Assembly: GCF_006345805.1 (NCBI RefSeq)
Contig: NC_043008.1
Span: 53,382,001-53,446,000 of the forward strand
Source: Octopus sinensis
Lineage: Eukaryota
Length of the DNA stretch: 64,000 nt
Direction of reading: 5' to 3'
Program-made: the position numbers and the translations under genes
In this document: positions 1 through 13,159 of the stretch, one piece after another
How the letters are laid out: every line of letters begins with the position of its first letter
How positions within the stretch are numbered: the stretch's first letter is position 1
Notes under the pieces: generated by a model
The model's input: the letters and a program-made list of their open reading frames with translations, nothing else
The model's database searches: none
What the model was told of the DNA's origin: nothing

Positions 1-1598
1 CAACGATTCTGCCAGCTTGCTGTGTTACTGATTCAAAAAATATTAGCCACCGATGTAACTTCTTTTTCTTCATAACATAACATAATTACTTTTTATTACA
101 GTTTTAATCCTCATTTAATCAAATAAGTTAACTCTCACTTAGCCTAAAAAGAATTGAGCAAATTGAACGCGATGTGTGTGTTCGTTATATTCTTTTTATT
201 TGAAAGGAAAATATCCGCAAAATATCGTTATATTTTACGAAGACGACTCGAGAACAAAATAAGAAATATATTTGATGACGCAATTTTTAAGAAAAGGGAT
301 TCGTAAACACGACAAGAAACAGCGTGAAAACAAAAGCAAGACCGATCAACGAGGGTTTTTTCTATGTGTTCGTTCGACCTGCAAGAAATAGCAGCTAAAT
401 CCTTTCAAATTATACCTTACCTCTCTTTACGATGACAACATTGTGTAACAAAATTTTAGTGTTGTATTTGTCTTTGGTCAATAATTGTGATTTTCTATTT
501 GCTTCTATCTTGAAATCAAAGGAAATGACTACTATTCCCTTCATACTTTGCTTTTGTAACAAACATCAATGTTTTGAAACTGACCTATTTTCCATTACAT
601 TTCAGACAGATTCAGCGCTTAGTTGCTGAAGCAGAAATATCGTTATAGTAAATATTCTCCTCAATACCACATATTTGCTTGCCCATTGCTTGACCTTAGC
701 CACTTGAACATGTCCCTTAATGGCTGACAATATGTGCATTTCTAACCATGGGCTGGATTAGTGGGGGCGCATCATAAGAGGGATTCTTTGGGGTTTGAAT
801 AAATATAACAAAAGCAAAATTTGAAGGAAATATTAGCAATTTTTCATTCTTTCAAGGTGCAAGCCTGAAGGAAATGGCAGCTGCTACCTAAGGATGAAAA
901 CTTCGTTGCACAGTGTACTGGATAATGTAGTCTTTGATATATTATGTCTGACACAAAACCATTAGGGATGGTCGATATTAAAACGTCTTTGGTCATAGAT
1001 TTACTTTATCAGGTTTAAGATGGAGCCAGAAAAAAAAGAAGGAATAACACAACCACATACCAACAACAAAAACATTTTATGACAGAAGGTCCTTGCCGGA
1101 AAGTTAAAACTTTACTCGGTTAGAGTGATAAATGTTCAGAATTTTTGGCTTTCAAATAAATTTTCTCTTGAAATGACAACCCAGGTTAACATAAAATAGA
1201 GGTTAACTACACAATGTAGGATATAAAGAGCGTTATAAATGATAAAATACGTTCAAAGCAAGTTTTACAACTGGTTTTTAATCCTCAAAGTAGACGCTAA
1301 ATAATATTAATTTTCTTTCTTCAGAGCAGTTAACATACAACAGCCATACCACGACACCTTTAACTCTTTGAATCAATGGAATTGGTTATTCTGAAGTTTA
1401 GAAGTAAAGGACATTAATATACAAGACAGGCCGTTAAGTCATATTTATCTATCTTCCTATAAACCTATTCTTGTACGTACACATTCATGCAAAGGAGCGT
1501 GTGGATACACACGCATTATCTCCTACACACAAATACGAATTTTAAGGAATATCAAGCGAAAAAGAATTCAATGATAATTTTCAGAGTAATACATACAT

Positions 1599-1788
1599 GT
1601 GGAGGCGCAATAGCCCAATGGTTAGGGTAGCGGACTCGCGGTCGTAAGAACGCTGCTTCGATTCCCAGACCGGGTATTGTGAGTGTTTATTGAGCAAAAA
1701 CACCTAAGCTCCACGAGACTCCGGCGGGGGGGGGAGTATGAACCACGCTGTACTCTTTCACCACGACTTTCTCTCACTCTTTCTTCCT
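1599..1788 (+). mobile_element. tRNA-derived SINE family A, 3'-truncated copy
   Basis: Head GGAGGCGCAATAGCCCAATGGTTAGGGTAGCGGACTCGCGG with A/B-box-like motifs matches copies at 15376, 23391 and 62590. Possibly an OR-type octopus SINE (not verified). Confidence 0.85.
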
Positions 1789-2510
1789 ACTTCTGCCACA
1801 AAGCAGAGGAACCATTTGTAACCCACTATGGTGTGGTAAACTTTCAGACCCTAGTCTAGATTGCGAATCCTCTGTACCCCAGGATGGTTCAGCTCTCCAC
1901 CCGTTAAAAGCCACCGTTTGCGAAATGAGGATAACAACGTAGCTTTCGCGCTCGTGCAACCGCCAGTCTACCGCGTGTGGTGGGGTGGATATTCAAGTTG
2001 CCACACGCATTCTTAGTAGCTTAGAGTAGGCTCGAATTAGAGAGTATTCTTTGTGGCTAATGGCGTGTTGACATGGGGTAAATGACAGCATGCCGGACAT
2101 TAAATAGTATTTTGCTTGCTAGATATACTATCTTTCAAAACATAAATGTGAGTGTCACAGTTCAAATGTTTTTGAACGTAATTATAGGCCTGTACCACCA
2201 GGACTGAGTTAGAACAAAAACGAAAAATAAAAAAACAATAAAGAAAAAACAATAAAAGTTTTAAAGTGAAACCACGAATGAGTTTTGACATTATAATAAA
2301 CATAGAAGATTTACTCTGACATAAAATATCTATTTTTTCATCAGTTACTGATTTCTAATAGTGAATTGTATTCTTCGCCACCGAATCAATACATCTGACA
2401 ATATTTGTATTGTTGTATGTACAAATATTATAAATCGCATTTTCTAAAATCTTTAGACTAATGGAAAGATTTTCTTCAGGGAATTTATTTTTTAAAAAAC
2501 TTAGATGATG

Positions 2511-2546
<36 letters not shown>

Positions 2547-2548
2547 GA

Positions 2549-2660
2549 GTGAGAGAGCAGTTCATGCCATCAAAGTGACACTGGGGTAAAATATACGAAG
2601 CCCAATATACCCATCATGACTACCCGTCTGATAAAGGTACACCAGGCACATGCATCACAT
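2549..2660 (-). mobile_element. probable 3' end of a non-LTR retroelement with (AAT)n tail
   Basis: Short complex segment bounded by (ATT)n at 2505-2548 and (AAT)n from 2660, in the same layout as the adjacent RLE fragments. No coding motif seen. Confidence 0.35.
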
Positions 2661-2670
2661 AATAATAATG

Positions 2671-2714
<44 letters not shown>

Positions 2715-2904
2715 TATTATTATTATTATTATTATTATTATTTATGACTGGCCATTATTATTATTTAAGGCAAGCCGGCCAAATCATTAGCACGCCGGAG
2801 AAAATACTTCGGTGCATATCGCCCTTCTTCACATTCTAACATGGGATGATGTAATCAACTAGCCTCTTCACTCGAAATTGCTGGTCTTGTGCCAAATATT
2901 TGAA

Positions 2905-3292
2905 ATATTATCATTATCTTCATTATTTTCCTGTTGATCTCAGATTGTGTGGTAACTCCTGGGGTCGTGCATGCGTAGCAGGCTTACTACCTGCAACCTA
3001 CAGTACCATGCTGTCCATTCTTTTCAGCTATTTAATACTTTCCTGATTCTCCTGGCCGTGCCAAGGAGGCAAACCTTTTGTAGCAGTTCTACTGGGCACT
3101 CTATTCCGATTTCCTTTTATATTCCTCTTGATGCCTTCTGATATTGTCACCAAGGACCCAACAATAATTGGCACCATCTTCTTCACCTTCTTCATTTGCC
3201 ATAGCCGTGCTATTTCGTACTTAAGAGGATTGTATCTATCTAATTTTTCACCTTGCTTCTTGATTATTCGTGGGTCAAAGGGATATGCGACA
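2905..3292 (-). mobile_element. R4/Dong-type (RLE) non-LTR retrotransposon, 5'-truncated 3' fragment
   Basis: Translation IDVAYPFDPRIIKKQGEKLDRYNPLKYEIARLWQMKKVKKMVPIIVGSL matches the restriction-like endonuclease pattern D-x-A-x-P-x-D...EK..Y..L..EI..LW....P.IVG.LG. Confidence 0.85.
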
Positions 3293-3307
3293 TCTATTAT
3301 TATTATT

Positions 3308-3346
<39 letters not shown>

Positions 3347-3352
3347 GTCGTC

Positions 3353-3401
<49 letters not shown>

Positions 3402-3432
3402 TATTATTATTATTATTATTATAGTAGTAGTA
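3293..3432. repeat. (ATT)n/(ATC)n microsatellite
   Basis: Direct trinucleotide array between two RLE elements; source of the poly-I/Y/L/H ORFs. Confidence 0.95.
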
Positions 3433-5130
3433 GTATTTTCATACACGCACAACAGATTAGACTGTTGGAAAAGAAAAAAATCCTAACATCAGTCTACAGC
3501 AAGTAACTTTAGATGCCAAGGGCCCTCCTAAGTATCCTAGCTGTCCCTAATGACACTGTTTTATGGAGATGGACTAAACTGGGGTTTTATGCCTATTTCC
3601 TCTATTCATCTGTTCAGATATTTAAAGTTAGTTCCCAATGCACCTATTACTACTGGGATACATTTTACCAGCACTTTCCATAACCTCTATTATTCAATGG
3701 CTAGGTCCTGGTACTTTTCTATTTTATCTATACTTCTCATATTAATTTTTTTCATCATTTGGGACTGTAAAGTCAATTATCTGGCACTTTCTATTGTCTT
3801 TATCTACTACTACTAAATCAGGCCTTCTAGCTTCTAGTAATCTGTCAGTATGAATGTTAAAGTCCCACAACTTATTGTATTTCTTATTTTCTACTAATTT
3901 CCTAGGTTTATGTTAATACCATTTATCAGTATGTTCAACTTCTAGCTTACTAGATAATTCTCAGTGGATTACTTTCCCTAGATTCTCATGTCTTTTCTTG
4001 TATCTTTCCATGCCAGTATGCTACATTCACTTACTATACGATTAACGCTTTCCTCTTTCGATTCGCATAACTTATATTGGGAATCTACTTGGTTTTTGGC
4101 TATCTTTACTTTTATCCAATTAGTCCTTGATGCTTGATCTTATGCAGCTACTAACAAACTTTCTGTCTCTATTTACAACTTTCCTTCCTCTCGGCAACCA
4201 TAGCCATGTCTCACTATTACTATTTGTTGCAACTATCCTTGGGAATCTACCATGCAACGCCTTCTACTGTCAGTCAGATAATTTATGTTCTTATTTCTGG
4301 TTTTTAACTTCTTTTGATTTTTTGGTTTCCATATGTTGTGCCTCTAGCAGCTTTTAATAAACTTTCTTCCCTATTACCTACATAGGGGTCTATATCTACT
4401 CTAGCAAACTCTACGCAGTCTTTTACTAATATTAACCATCTTCTGCCTTCCTTTCTAGGTAAGTATAAATTTGCTACTCCTGCCTTTGGGTGGAGTCCTC
4501 CATTCATATTGAATTCCTTCTTAGTTCTTCTGCTTATCTTTGCTAATTCAGTTTTTGTCCAATCTACAAAATCTGCTGAGTATCTATGTAATGACACTGC
4601 CCAAGTATTTACAGCCTTCACTAGATTCGGACCATTTAGCTTTGACTTCATTAGCTTCCTCCCCGTTCTGATGTACTCCTCAATTTTCGTTTTCATTTCA
4701 ATAGTTAGTATTCAATCAGATTCTAATACTCCGAGATACTTATAACTCTCTCCTTCTTTTAATGATTTTAATGTATAAGCATCTGGTAACTGGATGCCTT
4801 CTCTGTTGACTACTTGTCCCCTTCTCATGAATAATATTGCAGACTTATCTGTGTCAAATTCCATGCCTATATCTTTGCTGGAAAGTCAAACAGTTTATAT
4901 TAAGAAGTCTATCTCTTTTTCATTCTTCTGAAAAGAGCAAATGGTTAATTTTTCCCTTACTATTTCTGAACTGATATCCTGCCTTTGCCTCCGTTAATTC
5001 TAAATTGAGGGGGATCAAACATAAGACAAATATTAAAGGGGACAACGAGACCCCTGGAAAGTTCCTCTTTTGATATTAACATTCCCTAAGTATAGATCAC
5101 CTGAGTATACACCTACTTTCCATTTCTTCA
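3433..5130 (-). mobile_element. second R4/Dong-type retrotransposon, decayed RT to RLE
   Basis: RT-like ...TFQGSRCPL near 5020-5070; KLNGPNLVKAVNTWAVSLHRYS...LHPKAGVANLYLPRKEGRR (ORF 4304-4696); endonuclease KYQDLAIE..RLWK...IPVVIGALGT...LGTARILRRAL at about 3530-3740. Multiple stops and frameshifts. Confidence 0.9.
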
Positions 5131-5139
5131 TGATAAAGC

Positions 5140-5688
5140 TAATTAATTCTCATATGGGGTGAATTCACAAAAAAAATAAAAGACGAAGACAGGTGGTGTA
5201 GACAAGAAACAGATGTATTAGTATAACGCTCGGGAAGCGAAAAAGTCTTTAATGTTTCGAGCCTACACTCTTCTACAGAAAGGAACACTGAAAGAAACTA
5301 GGAGAGAAAATAAAGAATGTGTAGTGGCTAGCGATCTATGGCGAATGCCGGACAGAAGGGTCACACAGGAGGGCTAGGGAGAGGGGGAGATAATAAAGTA
5401 GTGATGATCCCAAAACGAAGATGTGCGTGCACGGAACGTGCTCTGGCAAGGGCGGTGTGGATAGTGGTGAGAGGATATCCACGTAGGATGAAGTGGAGAT
5501 ACATATGTATGTATGTACATAAAAGCGCTGAAACGGTGCTTCCCAATGAACAACCCTGAGAGATATTCGTTCCACTCGAGTTGCTCAAATAGTCTCTTGC
5601 ACAAATTCGGCGCCATCCTGAATGCAGTGAACCAATGATTGAAACGGCAGGACACTTACAACCAATAACATTATCGTCCTCAAATGTC

Positions 5689-5690
<2 letters not shown>
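5140..5690 (-). mobile_element. Penelope-like element fragment (post-RT linker plus terminal repeat)
   Basis: RRIC...HFILRGYPLTTIHTALARARS resembles the PLE post-RT linker. It is followed on the same strand by the GAAGAGTGTAGGCTCGAAAC terminal-repeat motif that recurs at 40416-40453, 48082-48119, 58955-58991 and 59341-59374. Confidence 0.7.
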
Positions 5691-5716
<26 letters not shown>

Positions 5717-5719
<3 letters not shown>

Positions 5720-5989
5720 TGTGTGTTTGTGTGTTAGTGTATAACTTAAATATACAATATAAATAGACAAAATAATGGTAACGACTAATGGAAATATTTT
5801 CAATGAAAATATTAGTATGACATTCTATCGGTGATCATTCATTCAAACACTGATTTGGGAGTTTCAGCGGTCTATTTTTTATAACAGATTCTAAACAATC
5901 TGATCAATACATTCAATTGTTTGATTGCGAAAAATGATACTTCTTTATCAACACATTAGTTCTATTTCACGACAAACAGAAAGAATTCA

Positions 5990-6032
<43 letters not shown>

Positions 6033-6332
6033 TATATATATAATATATATATATATATATTCATGTGTGTTTGTGTGTTAGTGTATAACTTAAATATACA
6101 ATATAAATAGACAAAATAATGGTAACGACTAATGGAAATATTTTCAATGAAAATATTAGTATGACATTCTATCGGTGATCATTCATTCAAACACTGATTT
6201 GGGAGTTTCAGCGGTCTATTTTTATAACAGATTCTAAACAATCTGATCAATACATTCAATTGTTTGATTGCGAAAAATGATACTTCTTTATCAACACATT
6301 AGTTCTATTTCACGACAAACAGAAAGAATTCA

Positions 6333-6335
<3 letters not shown>
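5717..6335. repeat. tandem duplication of a ~280 bp unique segment separated by (TA)n
   Basis: About 5717-5995 and 6061-6336 are identical apart from a homopolymer T-length difference. Confidence 0.9.
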
Positions 6336-6375
<40 letters not shown>

Positions 6376-6792
6376 TATATAATTAAATTAAATAAAACAT
6401 ATGCATATATATAAACATATATGTACTATCTACCTCTCTCTCCCTATATATATACACACACATATACCTATATATAAAATATATAAAGAAATCAAGAAAG
6501 AAAAACAAAATGTGTCTCTGTATAAAGATATCTGATGTCTGTCCGTTTGTCTATCTGTTTGTCTCCCATGCGAATAGATTTTTATATATTTCAAAAAAAT
6601 ACTCTGAAAAATATTTGTATTTCTGAAGTGAATATTTTGACGGCCATTGCCTTTTTCGCTCCACCTCTCTACCTTAATATGGTTATGTGTATTAATATAT
6701 GAGTGCAGGAAGAGGGCGAATATATGTCTATTTGTGTATGTATGTATGCACGTACATATGTATGTATATATGTATGTATGTATGTATATATG

Positions 6793-6826
<34 letters not shown>

Positions 6827-7132
6827 TGTATGTATGTATGTATGTATGTATGTATGTATGTATGTATGTATGTATATGTAGTTACGCATACATCTATATA
6901 AATGTATGTATGTATGTATGTATGTATGTATATAGTTTAAGGATGTACTTGTCAAAAATATAAATACAATGGTTGTATAAATGTAATGTCAGATATTTCA
7001 AAACATTTTGTTGATTGTAACTTTGAAATTCAGTCAATAGTACTGCGAAACGTCGCATCCTCAATCTTGAAATTATAATTATTTTGCACGTATATATCTA
7101 TATCTATATGTATGTATGTATATATATAATGT

Positions 7133-7230
7133 TCGTCCTTCGGTTCGAAGATGACCAACTGACATCATCTGATGGAACTGGCGCCATGAGACCGGAGGTG
7201 GCTGGTGAGGCCAATCCGGGCAAGGAGCCC
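7133..7230 (-). mobile_element. RTE-clade LINE extreme 3' end
   Basis: Minus strand reads GLLARIGLTSHLRSH (RTE C-terminal zinc-finger motif), then GGTCATCTTCGAACCGAAGGACGAAC, an RTE-like terminus. Confidence 0.65.
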
Positions 7231-7266
<36 letters not shown>

Positions 7267-7369
7267 ATATATATATTAGGGAGTATATCCCACTTACAGA
7301 GAAAAATTAGATTTAGGATTAAATCAAATTTCACAGTATAAATATAAATTAAATTAGAGATAAAACCAT

Positions 7370-7506
<137 letters not shown>

Positions 7507-7546
7507 TTAAATTAGAGATAAAACCACTATTAGGCAACTCAAACAT

Positions 7547-8118
7547 AATGCGGGCAAGGTAAGATCTAGGAAAAATCGAGCAATGGTTAAGAGGAAATTG
7601 GAAAAAATGGGAAAAAGACCGACTGAGAAAAATTAGAAAAGAAATATAGAATACGGAAGGACGGGTTTGATGCAGAAATAGAGCAGTTAAAACAGAGGAT
7701 CATGGCAAAAAGCCAGAAGATCAAAGGATTTGTGAACAGAAATAAGCTGTTCGAGGAAAACAGATTGTTCAAAAATAACCCAAAGCAATTCTTCCGAACG
7801 TTAGGAGACAATGGGTAAAATGTTGTTCCTGGTGCAGATCAAGCCAAGGAGTTGTGGAGCGGATTATAGGGAAACAATGTGGATCATAGAAGGGATGCAA
7901 TATGGATAGGAACTATCAAGACAGAATTACAAGGAGGAAAGAAACAAAGGAATGTTGTCATAAGCATGGGTGATGTGAAAGAACAAGTGGGTAAAGTGCC
8001 TAACAGGAAAGCCCCCAGATGGGATTCATGGCTTTTGGCTGAAGAGATGCTACGTTGTGCATGAAAGACTAGCAGCCCAATTGAATACGTGTGTCCAGAA
8101 AGGTACAGTCCCCGCGTG
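7547..8118 (+). mobile_element. R4/Dong-type retrotransposon internal fragment (pre-RT region)
   Basis: [39 protein letters not shown] and VKEQVGKVPNRKAP(G)WD correspond to the R4-type pre-RT region and the KAPGPD motif; frameshifted. Confidence 0.8.
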
Positions 8119-8871
8119 GATGTATGTATGTGTGTGGGTGTGAGTGTGTGTGTGTATGCACCTTTTTTTCTGTATGTAAGCATATAGATATGAAGATAAA
8201 CAGATCAACATGCAGACGGATAGGTACATAGGTCACAGGAACAGACACATATGGAAATACGGATTCACACATAAAAAGATGCACATCCATACAATACAAG
8301 CATGGTATATAGTTGCATAACACACACACACACACACACACAGACATGCACACAAAAGGAGACAGAGGTGCATACATATACAAACACATGCTCACACACA
8401 CATACATAGAAAATACACAAACACAGACATACAAGCACATAAATATGCAGGATACATACATACAGATGCACATACATACATATATACATATGCATACACA
8501 CACATATATACATACATACACAGGCAAACACACACATACATACATACGTACATGCATGCATAGGCACACACACATACTTACCCACACACATGCGCACAAA
8601 CAAACAAAAGGAAACGCAGTGTAAATAACGGACAGAGTCAAGACTATTGAAAAGGTTGCAACACGCAACGAAAATTTTAGGAAAATAAAAATAAGAAATA
8701 AGTGGGAATTTTTATCGGTGAGTGTGTTACATTACAAGGCACAAAAAGGAAATGACTCTCCCCAGACACAACAGAATATGCTTCAACACACGAACTCATA
8801 TAAAGAATCTTGCAAACCAAATCCAAAAACGAAATATAGGCCTTCGGGCTAAAACATTTTTAAGGATTTAA

Positions 8872-9176
<305 letters not shown>

Positions 9177-10004
9177 CAGTTCAAGTGCTTGTATCTTTCT
9201 TTAGTTGTGAATTTCTGTTACTCACTCGTACATTTGTACATATTCGTTTATTTTCTCTCAATCTCTAAGAGTAAAGTGTCTGTATTTGCATATGTACGTG
9301 TGTGTGTGTGTTCCTGTATACGTATATGTGATGTATGAGTGTGCGAGTGAATGTAAGTTTTTGTGTGGCGTATGTGTATATACGTCTACAAAGATGTTGA
9401 TAGTGACAAAGTATTAAAAGAAAAAGACGAAACGATAAAGTAAAAAAAAACGGGAATAAATAGGCAAATAAATAAACGAATGTAAAATAAGAATACAAGA
9501 ATCGGTGGTGCTCTTAATATTTTGTTTGCTTTAAGTTTGGCACAGAACTGATTAAATCGATTTCTTTCGTTGAAGAATAGAAGTTATTAACGCTATTCTT
9601 TCGCAGCAAAAAATAAAACTTACAAGAAACTAATTTTATCATGTTTCACTTGTTATGTGAAGAGTTTCAAGTATTGTTGATGATTTCGAATGAAAGTCCG
9701 ACACCTTCGTCATTTTGTATCCATCCATATTAACAAGAATATAAAATAATAAATAATCTTAAAGTCACATTCACATCTTCATCTTGTCTATTTTTGTTTT
9801 TTGTTTTTGTTTTGTTTTTGAATGTTTTGGTGAGAGAAGAAAAATACACATCCATGGCAATTTTCACAGCTTCTGAGAGAGGTAAAACTAGAGAAGAGGG
9901 GCTGAGAAAAAGACCGGAAACATGTCTCGAAAACTCTTAGTATGCATGGTTTTACTACGACGTTTTAATTAGTCCACTTTCTCAATACTTGCACTATTAT
10001 ACAA

Positions 10005-10324
10005 ATGAGTCAAACCATGCTTACAAAGTCAGAAAACAGCACAGCTCCCATGACTTTCGGAAACATTTTTTCACGCTAAAAGTTGCTGAAGCATGGAACA
10101 AACTGCCGGCATCAGTTGTTAGTTGTCGGAGCACTGCATCCTTCAAAGCTTCCATGCTTCCTGAGATTCGCCACCACTACACCGGATTTTCTCCCCTCCA
10201 TACACACGCAAGCATGTATCTGACTCATACACTGTTCACTTCCCAGACATTTGTACATTACTGCAGATGCTTTATACGCACTTTTGACAAGTTGTGGTGC
10301 ACCTGAGCACTGTATACAATAATT

Positions 10325-10398
<74 letters not shown>
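10005..10398 (+). mobile_element. CR1-type LINE 3' end with (ATT)n tail
   Basis: HAYKVRKQHSSHDFRKHFFTLKVAEAWNKLPASVVSCRSTASFK matches the CR1 ORF2 C-terminal pattern (FFS.RVV..WN.LP..VV...S...FK), followed by a 3'UTR and ATT tail at about 10327-10398. Confidence 0.9.
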
Positions 10399-10401
<3 letters not shown>

Positions 10402-10489
10402 TTAGCTCCATCTGAGTTTGTATATACGATAAATAGTAGAAGCTGCTAAATTTTCCGAGGACAGAATATAGGTAACCTTTCATGCATAA

Positions 10490-10640
10490 AAATCTAACAA
10501 GACGAGAAAATGTTTATACAGATCCTCCTAACAGCGAATGGCATGTTAGAACCCGCTGGTTGTGTTAAACAGGGTGACATATTGGGTCTACTTCTTTCTT
10601 GTGCAGCCAATGTAAAATCTATGTTAAATAGTTGTTCTTC
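10490..10640 (+). mobile_element. decayed reverse-transcriptase fragment
   Basis: GCVKQGDILGLLL resembles the RT motif GV.QG..LSPLLF. Confidence 0.4.
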
Positions 10641-11214
10641 TCTTCGGCTTGCTTCGTTAAGGTGTATTCGATAAAATAGAGTATAGGGCCGCCATCTCTC
10701 AAGGTTTTCTAGCTATTTACCTGTCTATGCGCAAAGGTGTACAAGATTTCTTTTGGGGGATGACTGGCAGTTGTCAATCTCTTCATGATACTTATGAGAC
10801 TGTGTCATCAAAGATGTTGCTACTAGAAGAGAAAGAGCCGGAGAAGATCTTGAAAGAAATCTTGGCGAACTCTCTAACAGTTCCGCCAATCCACAAACAC
10901 TCTCAAATTGGTACCTTTTACCGACTCTGAAATGATGAAAGACAATGATTGACTACGGTGAGATTTGAACTTTCAGCGCCTATATTCAGCGTAAATACCA
11001 CTAGACAATCTATTGAGCACTCTTATGATACTGCCACTTCTCCATTAGTATAAAAGAGGTTGGTTACGTTGATAAAGAGGATGTCGGATTAGGTCTAAAT
11101 TCCTCAGAGTGCAATTATAGCCTGGCAGACAAGTATTATTCAACAAAAGTCTAGAAAAATCCCAATAAACTTCACTGAAATATTATTTCGTTCTTTTATC
11201 TTTTTTTTTTTTTT

Positions 11215-11597
11215 TTTACTTATTTTAGGCATTTGACAGCGGCCATGATGGGATCAACGCCGTAAAGAATTTTTTAGTCGAAGAAATCTATCCCAGGATT
11301 TGTTCTCTGTAAGCCTAGTACTTATTCTATCGATATCTAATGCCGAACCGCTAAGTTACAGGGATGTAAGCACACCAACACCTGTTGTCAAGCGGTGATG
11401 GTGGGAACACACACAGACAAAGATACGCAGAAATATATACATATATTTCAGTTTCCGCCTACCAAATCCACTCACAAGACTTTAGTCGGCCTGAGGCTGT
11501 AGGAGAAGACACTTACCCAAGGTGACACCCAGTGGGATTGAAACCAGAAGCATGTGATTGAGAAGCAAGCTTCTTACCACACAGCTACGCCTGTGCG
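11215..11597 (-). mobile_element. SINE family C (CORE-like centre, internal microsatellite)
   Basis: Reverse complement of the family seen at 13955-14382. Confidence 0.85.
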
Positions 11598-11759
11598 TCG
11601 CACTATCTATAACCTGGTCACTGGTTACAGTTTCCCTGCTCGTAGTTGTAGAGCGATTGTATCTGTGACCCGGTCACACTTAATGCGACAAAAAGTTTGA
11701 CACGAAATAAGAAATGATCGAGTGAAGGTGATCGTTTCTGTTAATTTTTATCCGTCATT

Positions 11760-12070
11760 TTATTACGGCCGTTCTGGAGCACTGCCTTGAAAAACTTTTA
11801 GTCGAATGTATCGACCTCAGTACTTATTTTATCGGTTTCTTTTCTCAAACAACAAAGTAATGGGGACGTAAACACAACATCACTGGTTGTCAAGCGGTGG
11901 GGGGGGGCAAAACAAAGACAGAAGGACACACGCAAACACATCATTATATATATATATAAATATATATATGTATATATATATACATATATACGACAGGATT
12001 CTTTCAGTTTCCGTCTTGCAAATCTACTCACGAGGCTTTGGTCGGCCTGAGGCTATAGTAGAAGACACTT
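11760..12070 (-). mobile_element. SINE family C, 5'-truncated
   Basis: Same body motifs (TCGACCTCAGTACTTATTTTATCGG; TTCTTTCAGTTTCCGTC). Confidence 0.85.
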
Positions 12071-13159
12071 GATGTATTTGTCTTGCAAGAGATTTTGTCA
12101 GAGAGCGTCAGTTGAAACTAAATTTCAATTCCGTGTCGATATGCATGCGTAGGTGGGTGTATGAAAGTCTATGTAAAAGGAAGAGAGAGAGAGAGAGTAG
12201 GAGAGAAAGAGCTTGTATATACACTTTGTGCAACAGTATATTCCTCTGACTATATGCTTCATGAGAGAATATACGCAATGGACGGTATTTAGCAAACTAC
12301 CCATGAACAGCGGCTGAGATTCTGTGTATTCCGATTGATCTGTCCGTTTTATTTAATTGATGAGAAGAGAAACTACTTGTTGTCCATTTACTTCGTAACA
12401 GCGATAATTAAAAATTCACTGTAAAACCATAATTAATTTATTTCTCATTGATTCTACCGTTCAGTTTAATTATCATCGCTGCGAAGAAAATGATCAAGAT
12501 GTAGACATTCTCCTCGTCATCATCCCCATCAAACAAATGGACCAAATAATGTTGATAATGACGATGTTGCGTTTCCATTAATGCCATGTTTGTGTGAGAT
12601 TTTCGAAATCAGCGCCTGCAAATTATTGCTATTTTCTCTCTGATTCCAATCCTCGATAAAATTTCTAATATCCTTCGTTTCTGCAGCATTGTCTGCTACC
12701 AGAGCTGGTGGGTTGCGTGACCATCGATCAAACTTGGCTTTGTCCTAGTAATGGACTTTTGCTCTTAGAAAAAGAACAACACTAATCACTGCATTAAATG
12801 ATAATGTTCTTGGCGGTGATGTAGTGGATATATGATATAACCAGTTGGCTGATTCTTATCACTTCTGGGAAACATGAAATTTCCTCACTCATTATGGTGA
12901 AATAGCACGTTTTCCACTTTTAAATTGGTATCATCAACTTACAAAGGAAGCCATTTATCAGACAGTTTCACTGGGAAGCATGCTAGAAGTAACAGGAAAA
13001 TTTCCCTTCAAATTGCGCTCTGCGGTCTTACATTCAGAGAAGACACATTTGATAATGTAGACTTATATAATTCTTAGAAAATTTAAAACAGCAAAATCGA
13101 TGATGTTGAAGAAAATATCTATTTCTTTCAAATTCTGACACAAGGTTAGCAATGGCAGA

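Noticed and set aside
1599-1680. tRNA genes suggested by A/B-box heads (also 14748, 15376, 23391, 23754, 37879, 51838)
   Set aside because: Heads lack an intact cloverleaf and run into shared SINE bodies; some copies have TSDs.
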